DNA from: Mobula hypostoma
Taxonomy: Eukaryota
Direction of reading: 5' to 3'
NCBI RefSeq assembly: GCF_963921235.1
Contig: NC_086100.1
Location: forward strand, 75,578,001 to 75,642,000
Length of the DNA stretch: 64,000 nt
Shown here: positions 25,246 to 37,409 of the stretch, in pieces
Layout: every line of letters begins with the position of its first letter
Position numbering within the stretch: the stretch's first letter is position 1
Made by a program: the position numbers and the translations under genes
Notes under the pieces: generated by a model
Database searches by the model: none
Told to the model about the DNA's origin: nothing
Seen by the model: the letters and a program-made list of their open reading frames with translations, nothing else

Positions 25246-25890
25246 TGTCAAACCATTTCAACTGCCTACTCCCATCGACCTGCACAGGGACCGTTGCACT
25301 CCATACCCCAACTATCTATGTACTTATCCAAACTTCTCTTAAATACTGAAATTGAGCTCACAGGCGCCACTTGTGCTGGCAGCTTGTTCCACTCTCTCAC
25401 AACCCTCTGAGTGAAGAAGTTTCCTCCCATGTTCCTCTCAAACTTTTTACCTTCCACCCTTAACCCATGCCCTCTGATGTAGTCCCACCCAGCCTCAGTG
25501 GAAAAAGCCTGTTTGCATTTACTCTATCTATATCCCTCATAATTTTGTATACCTCTATCAAATCTCCTCTCAATCTTCTACATTCCAAGGAATGAAGTCC
25601 TAACCTATTTAACATTTCTTTATAACTCAGGTCCTCCAGACCTGGCAACATCCTTGTAAATTTCCTCCATACTTACTTATTTACATCTTTCCTGTAAGTA
25701 GGTGACCAAAACTTCACACAGTACCCCAAATTAGGCCTTACCATCGTCTTGTACAACTTCAACATAGTATCTCATCTCAATATTTGGATTTATGAAGGCC
25801 AATGTACCAAAAGCTTTCTTAACAACCCTATGTACCTGTGGCACTACTTTCAACAAATTATGGACCTGTGTTCCTGAATCCCTTTGACCT
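25246..25890 (-). mobile_element. Older CR1 3' fragment (its extreme 3' end is at 23395-23424), split by the young CR1
   Basis: RGDLIEVYKIM, FFTQRVV; continuity gtccatgtc|aaaccatttc across the insert. Confidence 0.9.
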
Positions 25891-25895
25891 AAATC

Positions 25896-25952
25896 CCTTT
25901 CTCATCACTAAATTAGATTCGGTGAAGGAATCTAATTTAGTGATGAGAAAGG
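25896..25952. repeat. Perfect 25-bp inverted repeat with 7-nt loop
   Basis: CCTTTCTCATCACTAAATTAGATTC ggtgaag GAATCTAATTTAGTGATGAGAAAGG. Confidence 0.97.
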
Positions 25953-25959
25953 AATGTTG

Positions 25960-26550
25960 ATATATTACCAAGTCAAGCTATTGTGTGACTTGGACTGGCC
26001 TTGCACATACAGGTTATTCCATGGGATTGCTGCCCTTGCTTTGGTAGTAGAGGTTGCAGGTTCAGAAATGACGTGCATATTATTGCACTGCATTTTGAAG
26101 ATTGTACACACTGGCTCCAAGGTCCAATGGAGGGAATTAACATTTAGGGTGATGGATAGGAAGAAAATGACTTTATCCTGCATGGTGGTAAGCTTCTTTA
26201 GTGTTACTGGAACTGCATTTATCCAGATTGTTGGAAAGGATTCCATTACTCTCTTGACTTTTGCCTTGTGGGTGGTGAAAAGTCTTTAGCGAGTCAGAAG
26301 TGAGTTACTTACAATATGATACCTGGCTCCTGATCTGATCTTGTATTCACAGGTTTGACATGGTGAGCACAGTTGTGTTTCTGGTCACTTGTAACCCCCG
26401 AGAGAAGAGGAATGATGACTTTAATACTGGGTAGGCAGTTAGGTTCTCTTGCATTGTGATTCTCCCATATTGTAAATTCTACGGTATGAATATTATTTGG
26501 TACTTAATAGTTTATGCTTGAATGTTGACAGATTTTGGTTCATTAACTAC
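25960..26550 (-). mobile_element. Old LINE 3' fragment (family of 10720-11990)
   Basis: ORF 25965-26246 MESFPTIWINAVPVTLKKLTTMQDK...LNVNSLH (MEY.P..W..A..T.L.KL...QDKA pattern). Confidence 0.75.
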
Positions 26551-28461
26551 AGGTGAACTTTGTGTGATTTGCAATAACTAGCTGCCATAAAACTCAGTGG
26601 TAAACCCACACCATTTGTAATGTTTAATCACTAAGGATTGAACAATTCTATGTGGGTTATTTCAAATATTATATATTGGATTATACTGTTGATAGGTAAT
26701 TAACTGATAAAAATGCAATTGATTTCCATTTCAAATAAAGTTATGGAAAAATATACATTTGTCTATCTGGATAGCATACTTGCCAGAAACAGAATCAAGT
26801 CGTTCAGAGGGTTTAATACATTTTTCTTCCCAATCCAATTTAGGAATTCTGTCAGTTCTTGGAAGCAACATCTATGGACATAATCAGTTCTAATTTTGGT
26901 CAAAACACTGTATCTGCTTTATACTTCCATAAAGCTGTCATAACAATACAAGTTGCTTGGGTATTAGCAATACTTTCACTACTGAGGCACATGACAGAAA
27001 AGGTCTGCTTTCCTTTACAGAACCATGTTGTTGTCAGCCAATTTATGACTGGATATGCCAGATGCCATAGATGTGAATTTAAAATTAACAGAGGAAGCAA
27101 AGGAAAACTAGAAACTTCAAAATATTTTTCAAAAAAGATAGATTTATATAAGCAAAAGGTAACTTGCCAATTATGCACAGAATCAATTTCTGAATGTTTC
27201 TCACCATAGATCTCCAATTGCAGATACAGGATAGCTTCCATCAGTTTGCTGGGGTCACTGTTAACCAAAGAGCAGCTTCTTTTTTTTTAAGAGTCTAAGC
27301 TATTAAGATTTTGTATATCTCCTTCAGCATTTCTCCAATTTACTCTACCCTTCTAACTGAAAGCCCTTGTCCTTTAGTCCAAGTCTCCACTAAATACTGG
27401 TGAGCTCCACTAATATATGTTGTAAATAATGACCATGTTATAGTTATGGTGGTATATTTGTGAGCTGGGAGCATAATTCTAAGTGTCTGATCCATGGTAG
27501 TACAAAATTAAATAAGCATTAATTATTTCAGCCTAAACATGTAACAGTTAACATCAGGTATATCTACATTTGAAGTGAATGAGAATAATTTTGCATTGAA
27601 GATGAACAGTTGCTATTATTACATATAATGTTTGTTTCTGTTAGGGCTTTGAGCAACTGAATTCTTCAAGTAGTACAATTTAGAACTTGGCTACTTAATA
27701 GAAGATTAGAACTCTAAAATATATTTTGGGGCAGCAGGCCGTCTGACTTCCCATATGTGCTACCAAAAATTGCTGGATGATGAAAGAGATTTCTCATTTG
27801 TATTAGATTCCATGAACAGATTGTTATTCCTTTTCTGGAACTATTTATTCATTTTGGAATTTACCATAATTTTATGTTTTTGCACTGCATTGCTGCTGCG
27901 AAGTAACAAATTTCACAGCACATAAGCCAGTGATAATAAACCTAATTCTGACTCCAGTGGATCTGAAATCAGGGTTCATTGAAATAATGCCCTAATTTCT
28001 ATGAACTCTGCTTCTGGTCAAACGCTCAGATTGGATTTAGTCTGTCACATGGTCTACATTCACACAAGTCCGTTCCAGTTTCCTCTGTTAGAGATTTCAT
28101 TCAGAGCGTCATACACATAGTGTTTAGTCTGGATCAGACCCCATTTAGTGTGGAGTCCAATCAGATATGTGGACCACACAATGCAGCCCTTCAGGTGTAT
28201 ATTGCACATTGCGTATCGTGCGGAATCTGCACTGAGTTAGTTAAGTCTGTCACATCTAAGATGGAGGATAGATCTGTATTGTTTCTCAATCTATAAAGTA
28301 TTGAAGACATATTGTACTTACTTAATTCGATTTTCCACATGGTTATACATGTTAATATGCTGGAGGCTCCCTTTATGATGTAGTCTATAACGGGGTAGAG
28401 TCCTAATCAAGTGCAATTTGTTGCACACTGCATACAAATCAAGGCAAACATTATCTAGTTA

Positions 28462-28554
28462 CACACACAAAATGCTGGAAGAACTCAGCTGGCCAGGCAG
28501 TATCTATGGAAAAGAGTAAACAGTTGATGTTTCAGGCCAAGACCCTTCAACAGT
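28462..28554 (-). mobile_element. Short Penelope pLTR fragment starting at the hammerhead core
   Basis: acacacaaaatgctggaagaactcagc...gatgtttcaggccaagacccttcaacag; imperfect TSD attatctagtta / attatcttatta. Confidence 0.85.
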
Positions 28555-28974
28555 ATTATCTTATTATGAATTATATGGTTCTGTGGCCTCTTCAGGCAAA
28601 AACAACAAAATTTCCCTTTATAGGAAATCTGAAGTGTTTGAAGTTCTAAGCCTGAAAAAACATTTCACGAATTAACCTGGCTATATACATTATGGGTTTG
28701 GCTTAATTTTTATTTGATTTAGTTCCCATGATCCACATTTTTAACTGTCAAATCTTCCTGGGGTTATAGTCAAATTTTGACTCTATTTTTCAGTGAAGCA
28801 CTCTGCAAACAGGTGCTTCCATTTTAAAAGGAAGTTTCACCTGTGCAGAGCTTTGAAATAAGTTTTATTGATCTAGCAGCAGCTCTCCATTTATATTAGC
28901 ACTGTTGGGTTAGTACTTAAGCTTGAAGATGTGAAGTTTTGCATTAATTTTGACTGACTGGTAAATTAACTCCC

Positions 28975-29240
28975 TTGATAGGACTAGAGAACATAGCTAA
29001 AAGATATTATACAACTGAGAAAGAGGGAGATTAGATGAATATTTTTCATTGTTATGATTTGGAATACATTATCTGGAAGTGTGGGGAAAGCAGGTTCTGA
29101 ATCAGCTTTAAATATGCATAAATATTTGAAAAAAAAAGAGAATAATTTGCAGAGCTTCGGGAAAACAGTGGGAAGATGAAACTACTTGGCTCATTGAAAG
29201 GGCAGCACTGAAATGGAGGCTGAGTGGTGTTATAACAAAG
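28975..29240 (+). mobile_element. Decayed CR1 3' end
   Basis: ggactagagaacatagc (TRGH-like) and CR1 3' UTR remnants. Confidence 0.55.
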
Positions 29241-30054
29241 CAAAAGGCAGCAAAGAAGCAGGGAAAACTCTAGCCATAATTAATAGATACACTAAGCAAA
29301 TTCGGAAGTGGTGGATGATGCATAAACAGCTGGAACTAACCAACTGCTGTTCCTAATGATTGCCAGTATAGTTTTCATTAAGCCTAATTTTGGATCCTCT
29401 AAGAATGACTCCTTTAAATGACCCTCTGTAGAGTGGAACGCAGACAAAACCATGAGTATTTGAAACAGTATTAAATTAAAGATGTATGGAAAAGGCAGCA
29501 TACTAGCATAAGGAGATATTGAGCCCAACCCCCTCCCTCAATGCTTAACCTAAATGATGTCCATATATGGTTAAGGTTAAAACTGGAAAAATAATTGCAA
29601 ACAACTTTATAAAAGCAGCAATCAAAATGCACAATCGCTCTCTCTCCTTTCTCTCTATTCCCCTGTTGAAAGATTAATCTGTCTCAGCATTTTCAACCTG
29701 ATCCTGAATTTGTTGGTACAAATGCAAATAGCTGTCTCTAAAGATTTTCATATACTAATAGCAACTAGCAAAGAGGACATCGTATAACCAGAATAGAACC
29801 AAAAGTCAAGGCATTGAGAATTGTTTCAAACCTGTGCTTGCTGGAAAGATTTCAACCTCTTCTTGAATCGTGATGGCAAAACAAAATCACAGCCACGGGC
29901 GAGGAAAGCAAACTCCCCTCGTAAGTCAGGGTCCCTTCGCAGAGAAGTTTCCTTGATCATCATCTTGTTTAATAATACTTCTGGTGTGTGTATGTGTGAG
30001 TGTGAGACTGTCCTTTAGTAACGCAGTAACTATGGACTGAAAAACAGTTCAGGG

Positions 30055-30255
30055 TCCCTGTTTACAGAGAAAAGTGAAAATTGCCTTCTTGAGAGACTGT
30101 ACTCTTGCCTTTATTTCCACAGAATGACAATGTCCATGCATTGTACTTCAGCACCGTGGGTCAAAGTCCAGTCCTGACATTTAAACAATTTAGCATTCTA
30201 GAGCACGTCTCTCTGAGTTTGACTGCTGTGTTGCACTCAGCCACATGACCTGAAA
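30055..30255. promoter_or_regulatory. Candidate enhancer: HNF4 DR1 + forkhead + IRF-like motifs
   Basis: GGGTCAAAGTCCA 30158-30170; TGTTTAC 30059-30065; GAAAAGTGAAA 30069-30079; lies in a >2 kb repeat-free block. Confidence 0.35.
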
Positions 30256-31639
30256 GGCAATCTTGCCTGACGGAGGCTTCACCACAATTGATCTGTCCAG
30301 GACTGTGGATATGAGTGCATTGTGGGAAGGGAAGAACCCTCTACCAGAAGAGCTAAAGTTAGCACTTGCTGAAGAAGACCCGAAAATAATCTAGCTTGCT
30401 ATGACACTGTTTACACTAATAGCATCTTAATTTAAACTGTGAGGCATGCACTTCAATAAATCACATGGGTTTCACAGAAACCAGTTCAACATCAAAAAAA
30501 AATCACAGCTCAAGAAGTCATTTGGAGTATTTCACAAAATAACAACAAACAATTTTCCAAAAAGTCAGTCTGAGAGAAATTGTGGCAAAATTGTTCGGGT
30601 TATTTTTCAGACATTGACCTGAGCAGAGAGCCAGGTGTTTTCACAATTTTTTTTGTTTACAGACAATTGACTGCCTGTGGGAAACTTTCTAAGCTTTCTT
30701 CCCCTTTCTGCCTCTTGCTCTGCTGTACCCACTCTCCCCCCCCCAACAGCCCGATGTATAAATAACTGCCTTAGCACCAAGTCATGACATTCAAGTTCCA
30801 CACCATTCCCTGGTTACTCCACTAATCAACAGCAGCTGTTTGGAGAATACCAAACACATCAGGGCTCCTAAGGAGAAATATGTTTGAACTTAGCTACCTC
30901 CTCTCTGTGGACAGCTTTGTATTGTGGGCAACCATAACATTTATTATCAAATTTTGGAAAGGGTCACATAAAGATGTTAAATCTGCTTGCAACATGGAGG
31001 AAGACCGTCAGCTTGCTGTGGTGACAAAGACTAGTGGGAATTAAAAAAAAACTGAGCTGTTCCTACAATTGCTAGACAAGACACAGTACCAGTTTTAATA
31101 CTCTTGCACTGTTGGAATGTGCACCTGGATGGTATTCAGACAACATACAATTGGTACTTATCAAACATGCTTTTCCAAAAGCTATTATAAGGTTCTGTCC
31201 TACGCATTACTTCCAATTTGAGTTACTAAATTTTGGTTTTGATTTATTTGCAGTAGTATTTCTTTATTACATTTCAATGGACCTGGTTTATAGCCAATGC
31301 TCTGGGCTGGATTTGGCATGGACTTAATTCAGAATCAAAGCTGTAGCCTATAGTATACTGAAGTATCCACTCTAGCGTCAGAATCTCAGAAACACTTCCA
31401 CAGAATCGGAATAGCTGGAATGCCTCTGGAGTCAGGAGGAGATAATCTGTTACCCAGAGAACCTTTAGGATGCATTTTTGTCATGTTGATTTCTGGCAGT
31501 ACTGGGAAATTCCACTTCCCCAACCCCCTCATACAGTTTTATTTAGACATGCAATTGTATAGCTATAACATAAACTTAGCAGTTTTATACCAGAGATGAG
31601 AGCCTTCAACTTTGTGAAGAGAGTACAAAGCAATGAGTG

Positions 31640-31890
31640 CAGAGAATAAAAAACTTAGGACAGGTTTAGTGGAGGTGTTCAACATTACAAAAAACTTGGA
31701 TGCTTAAATAAGGAGAAACAGCTTCTGCTGTTGTTAATTGGTTTGGTCACTAGGGGGCATAGATTTAAGGTCATCAAGAGAAGCTTGGGAGGGTGGATGA
31801 GGGGAAATATTTTACATCACACACATTGTGATGATTTGAATCACAACACCATAAAGAGACATGGGAGAAAATTCAACAATGGTTTTCAGA
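31640..31890 (+). mobile_element. Decayed CR1 fragment
   Basis: gtggaggtgttcaacatt...cactagggggcatagatttaagg (TRGHRFK). Confidence 0.65.
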
Positions 31891-32359
31891 AAGTACTAAT
31901 TCCCTAAACCACAACAGTTTAAGGGAATTAGTGCTGGCAATGTCCTCCTATTAATAAACTGCACAACCAGTATTTTATTGAATATTTATCTTCCTGAAAT
32001 AATTGTTTCCCATATAAACCTGCTAAATACATACCATTTATTGTAAAAAATATTATTTTCTAAACTCTTCCATTTTGATTTCCATAGTTCATATATCATA
32101 ACAATTTAGTGTGGTAATAATTCTCAACTTATTTCTTGAATGCAAGATAGCCTGCTGGTAATTAAACAGCCTAGATAGTTGACATTCAATATAATTGACA
32201 TTAATAGGTGAAAAAAGAGCAAGATCTATCCATTTCCCCTTCTTCCATCCTGTTAGTTGCAGAATAAAAAGATAATGGGTTTGTCAATTGATGATATGGA
32301 TGAACAATCAATTTGGAGTTTTTCTGATATTGGTTAGGACTATTATAGACAAGGAACAA

Positions 32360-32850
32360 AGATGGAAAGTAGGTTGAGAAGAGCAGGTTTTAAATAGCGT
32401 TTGCTGCATATGCTTGTGTTTAAAAAGCAGTTACTTTTGTCATTGATAGTTGGTGAGAAAAAAGCTATAAGTCAATTCAGATCTGTTTTGCTCACTGCAG
32501 TTTCAAGCATTCAGTCTTGGAGATGCCAGCAATGGCTGTGAGTGAAAACGAAACGATTTCACTACTTCAACAAGTTAGGAACAATGAAGAATTTGAAGTT
32601 ATCCACAGTCATCTTGAATGTTACAATGGAAATGAAGACTTGGATGATGCAATCATCGATAAGGTATGAATGTAGCTTATAATTTATGCTCGGTGTCTGC
32701 ACTGATTTTGTCCATTTACAGTCAATCAAAAGAATGCGCCTGCGATTACTGGTTGAACTCCTCTGTCGATAAATATTAGGAACAAATACACAGCTTTAAA
32801 GTACTGCAGTAGTATTGATAGTGTTCTAATTCACCTATATTTCAGCTGAA
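32360..32850 (+). mobile_element. Tigger/pogo transposase remnant
   Basis: gatagttgg...attcagatctgttttgctcactgcagtttcaag (SW...IQ.CFAHC.FK) followed by acidic C-terminal ENEDL.DAII-like segment. Confidence 0.65.
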
Positions 32851-33884
32851 TCAACTGGCACGTTGTCTGACGCATTTACAGGAATCATTGGCTCATGTGA
32901 CTCAGTTCCTAATGATCCTGATTTCTTACCATGTGTGCCTCTGCCCATTAAAAACACTCCCAAGCTCACAGTGTAGTTAATGTGTTGCATCAAGTGGAAG
33001 TGTTACTACCAGAAGTAAAAGATACTTTCTCATTTCCTGCCCTCTATATTGTTCGGACGCCTTGCCTTCCTATGAAGTGATACCTCGTTAAGAGTTATCA
33101 TTGAGATGAAAGGTAGTTTAGCATCAAAGGAAGTTTTTAACCCTTGACAATACAAAATGAAAAGTCAGATTTATTTTATCTTGCATTACCAAGCCTGTGT
33201 TAAACCATATAAAAAAGCCTTCCCCTTTAAGGATTTTAAACCCCTACATCTATAAAAAGATTCGACCTATGCTCAGTTGACCTCACAAACCAAGATTATA
33301 AAGTAGTTTTAAATGTCAAGCTTCAGATTCTCCAACTATAGAAGTAATTCTGCTGTCGTAACAACTTCATGTTAGCTCGTTGTAATGTTAGGAATATTAC
33401 TTTAACAGTTGGAGGAATGGAAGGTGTTTTCAATCAGTCATGTTTGAAATCATTAGTTGACAGCTGTTGTGTTTATATTTAGAACAAAGGATGCATGTTA
33501 CAGATCAACAGACATGCTTTGCTCTGCCAGCCACGCTTAACCTCAGAAGTATTTAAGGAAATTGAATGTGGTCAGCCAGCAGATCTGACCTCCAAAGGGA
33601 GGTGCATAACTTTCTTTAGCTTCGTGACAAGGACATGCACTTTCAACACAGCAGGTTGTTTGTCATCACTGAAAGGCAAGGCAAATCTGTTCCCTATCTT
33701 CTAACAAACTTAAAAGAGAAATGTCAGTACTTCCAAGGCCTGGTCATATCTCATATTAAACAAAACATGTTTACAGTCTCTTTCTTGTCCAGCAACACTT
33801 ATGGGTCATTTTTGCAGCACAGGGAGTGTGAGAACACTCTAGCTGTTGCATGCATGTTTGATCTTTTAATTTTTCCACCAGTTT

Positions 33885-34150
33885 GAATCACCTCAGGTTT
33901 TTCCACATCATGTTCCTTCTGCATGTCTTCATCCATTCACCTATCCTTCGTGGGATTACGTTTGCTGCTTTCCCATCTGTGGAAACCATTCCAGAATCTG
34001 TCGAATGTTGAAACTTGGCAACCAGAACATCCATTATGTCCATAGCCACCTCTTTCAAAACCTTAGGATGCAGGCCATCAGGTCCTGGCGATTTATTGGC
34101 TTTCAGTTCCATCAATTATTCAATTGACTTTAATACTTACTCTTACTAAT
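33885..34150 (-). mobile_element. CR1 ORF2 internal fragment
   Basis: ORF 33888-34115 LKANKSPGPDGLHPKVLKEVA. Confidence 0.88.
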
Positions 34151-35634
34151 TTCTTTCAGCTCCTAATGTATTCCAGACCTGTCGTTTTCCACTTCTTGTG
34201 ACTTTTTTTTCCCCAGAAAAAGAGAGTTGAATGGCAAAGAGATTGAATGAAGAAAGTCCAGACCTAAGGATCAAAACAGCTGATATATGTGCACATGGGG
34301 CAATAGTAGTAAAGTTTACTAAACAGGTCAGAATTGGAGGAAAATGGTTTCCGCAGGGTTGTGGGGGTCTACATTTATGAACAATTCCTGACCACATCAA
34401 CTCTCAGCAACATAAATTTCCACTATCGAAATATTGGAAGACCAGACCAATTACCTGACATCCCAGCCACAAAATCTGTTCCCTAGCTGCTTTCTTCATC
34501 ATTCTCCTTTGCAAACGTGAGAGGGCAAACATAGCCACTGAAATTAATTGATGCTGGGACCACATACCTGTGTCGTCATTAAGGCCATCTATTCAACTTT
34601 TGTAACATTGCCTGACACCAATCAACTGTGATTTTTTTCCTCCAGGTGTGAGAATTTCTGAATGCTTTCCAGGCTGTCCACTACTCTTCAGGCTTCAATA
34701 AACTTGAGATCATCGAGTATATTGCAGCATCCAATTCATTCTCCCTGGATTAAGCAAGCCCTGACTTAAAAATCCTTATTCTTGCAAACGCCTTCCTTCT
34801 GTCACTCTGATCTGATTATACTGGTTTGACCACAACTGCTCTTTTGCTTGCTGTTCTGTTCACCATATTTTAGGAAGGACGTGAAAAGGAAAGAATTACC
34901 AGAATGATTCCAGCGATCAGAACTGCCACTTTGATCTTGCCCACAGCTTCATTATCATTGCCCAGTTCCACTTGCCTTATTGGAGTCCAGACTTCATTTT
35001 GTGGAGTTTTTGTGTGTTTGTGTATGTATATGGAGGGGGGGGGGGGCGGTGGAGAGGGAGGCATTGTTCAGGATCATAGGTCTTTTGAATGTTGTAGGGG
35101 TCAGTGGGCCATTGGCTTAAGTATCATGTAGGTAAAGGTAATTGCTCCCTACAAGTGATAGGTAACATGAAGCTAAATACCTGTGGTTTCCTGTGATCCT
35201 CGATTACAAGGTTAAGCTGTGGTTGTTCTTCTTAGAACAAAGGAGATTCAGGGGAGATCAGTAGAGATAGAGGTTTTGAGGGAAGCTATTCTTATTAGCT
35301 TTGGCTGTTCCCATCATCAGGAAAGGATATAGATTTGGGATGATGGGTAAAATGTGCCTGTGTGGACAAATCTAAGCAGACTGGTTATGATTAGGAAATC
35401 TGCCTAAAAGTGCGGTGAAAAAAAGAGTCAATTAATGCTTTCATAAGGGGATTGGCTAGGGACTTGAGGGGGAATAAGGAAGACCATCCAGCTCATTGCA
35501 TTTATTTTGGAAAATTTAAAAGAGTGACTTCGATTCTTATGAGTGATGAAACAATTCCGGCCACAGCTGTAGTAAAGTAAAATGTGTACTCAGCAAGCTC
35601 CTCCAAACAGCAGTGTAACAAAGTACTTGAATAG

Positions 35635-36625
35635 CAAGGACCCTTCCCCTTCCCAGTCATTCTCTCTTCTCCCTCCTCCTGTCAGACAGGAGGTACAAAA
35701 GCTTGAGATCATGTACCACCAGACTCAACGACAGCTTCTATCCCGCTATAATCAGACTCTTGAAAAGACCTCTCAAATGCTAGAAGATGACATTTTGAGA
35801 TACTTCAAGATATGCACTTTATTTATCTAAATATGAGAAAGTCTACAGATGCTGGAAATCCAAAGCAACACACAGAGAACGCTGGAGGAGCACAGCAGGC
35901 CAGGCAACATCCATGAAAATGAATAGATAGTCGATGTTTTGGGTCAATGCCATTCTTCGGGACTGAGAAGGAAGGGGGAAGATGCCGGAATAAAAAGGTT
36001 GGGGGGGGGGGGAGGTGGTGGAGGAGGGAAGGAGGCTAGTTGGAAGCCGATAGGAGAAGCCAGGTGGGTGGGAAAGGTAAAGTGCAGGAGAAGAAAGAAT
36101 CAGACAGCTGAGGAGAGGGGACCATAGGAGAAAGGGAAGAAGAAGGGGACCCGGGGAACGTGATATGTGGGTGAGAAGAAGTAAAAAGTCAGGCTTCCTC
36201 CTTCCCTTTCAGCTATGGTCCACTATCCTCTCCTGTCAGATTCCTTCCTCTCCAGCCTTTGATGTTTCCCACCCACCTGGTTTCACCAATCACTTTCTAG
36301 CTAGCCTCTCTTCCCCCCCCCCCCCACCTTTTCATTCTGGCACCTTTCCCCTTCTTTCTCAGTCCTGAAGAAGCATATCGGCTCGTAATGTCGACAATCT
36401 ATTCATGCCGCATGGCCTGCTGAGTTCCTCCAGCACTTTGTGTGTGCTGCTTTATTTATCTATCTCCACTGCACTGTCTCTGTGACTGTAACACTGCATT
36501 CTATATTCTGCTTTCCTTTGTACTACCTGGATCTACTTGGAACTTATGGATGCATGTGCTTTTGATGGCATGCAAATAAAAGCTTTTCACTGTAGAATGG
36601 TACTCGGGACATAATAAACCAATAA
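35635..36625 (+). mobile_element. Rex1/Babar 3' fragment split by a Penelope fold-back insert
   Basis: aaggacccttcc...gacaggaggtacaaaagcttg...agactcaacgacagcttctatccc; tail resumes at 36463 and ends ataataaaccaat. Confidence 0.8.
35830..36449. mobile_element. Fold-back (inverted) Penelope-derived element
   Basis: Minus arm 35830-~36190 and plus arm ~36192-36449 are reverse complements; perfect 13-bp TSD CTTTATTTATCTA (35817-35829, 36450-36462); one degenerate hammerhead per arm. Confidence 0.9.
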
Positions 36626-36699
36626 CACTTCCAAAGGATCTATTTTACTGATGTTAGGAGAGATAACACTGTAAATAGCAAATATCGGAAAGATCCCCA

Positions 36700-36840
36700 A
36701 TGGTTTTCTTCAAAAATCCACGGGATCTTTTATATCTGCCCAAGAGTATGAACTGAGATACAGAACCCAGCAGTGCAACTCTTCTTTTATACTGCTCTGG
36801 AATTTCAGGCTGGATTTGTCACCAGTGTTTCTGAAGCTCT
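36700..36840 (-). mobile_element. DeuSINE fragment
   Basis: Reverse strand ...gagttgcactgctggg...gggcagatataaaagatcccgtgg. Confidence 0.55.
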
Positions 36841-36864
36841 GGCACTGACACACTGCTGAAAGGG

Positions 36865-37030
36865 TACGGTGTGCCGGAATCTGGAGCAACACACAAACCA
36901 CTGGAGGAACTCAGCAAGTCAAGCAGCATGTGGTGTTCAGGTGAGGGGTCTTGACCTGAAACACTGACCATCCACTTCCCTCCGTAGATGCCACTTGTCT
37001 CGTTGAGTCCCTCCAGTGCTTTATGCTGCT
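36865..37030. mobile_element. Short decayed fold-back Penelope element
   Basis: gagcaacacac...ctggaggaactcagc on the left, inverted ...ttgagtccctccag on the right, with a hammerhead remnant between. Confidence 0.7.
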
Positions 37031-37376
37031 GATTTGGGGTATAGTGTGTGGTGGGATTTGTAGGGAAGACAGACAAGCCGTTGGCATATTTGACCAATCC
37101 AGTGAAATTGTACAGATTAATTCTATAGAGAACCCTGCCAAGTATTTGCAGAACTTGCAACAGATTTGATTACAAGTAATTTCCTTACATATTTTTACCT
37201 GACATCTTCCCTTAGTTTCAGGGGCAGTCTCCTGCTGCCAGTTTCTTAGTCAAATGGTGAAAACAGATGATGTGAAGGAAGTGGCCCTGATGCTGGATGT
37301 AGTGACGGTCCAAGTGGACGGGGTTGGTAAAACCTGTTAGCCCCGCCTCCCTAGCAAGCTACTGCAGTGGACACTT

Positions 37377-37409
37377 GTCCCCCACCTGCTGGCTTGATTG
37401 AAAACTGCA
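37377..37409 (-). promoter_or_regulatory. Candidate CTCF site with upstream (ZF9-11) motif
   Basis: Minus strand TGCAG-N12-CCAGCAGGTGGGGGAC; core is one mismatch from CCASYAGRKGGCRS. Confidence 0.45.
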
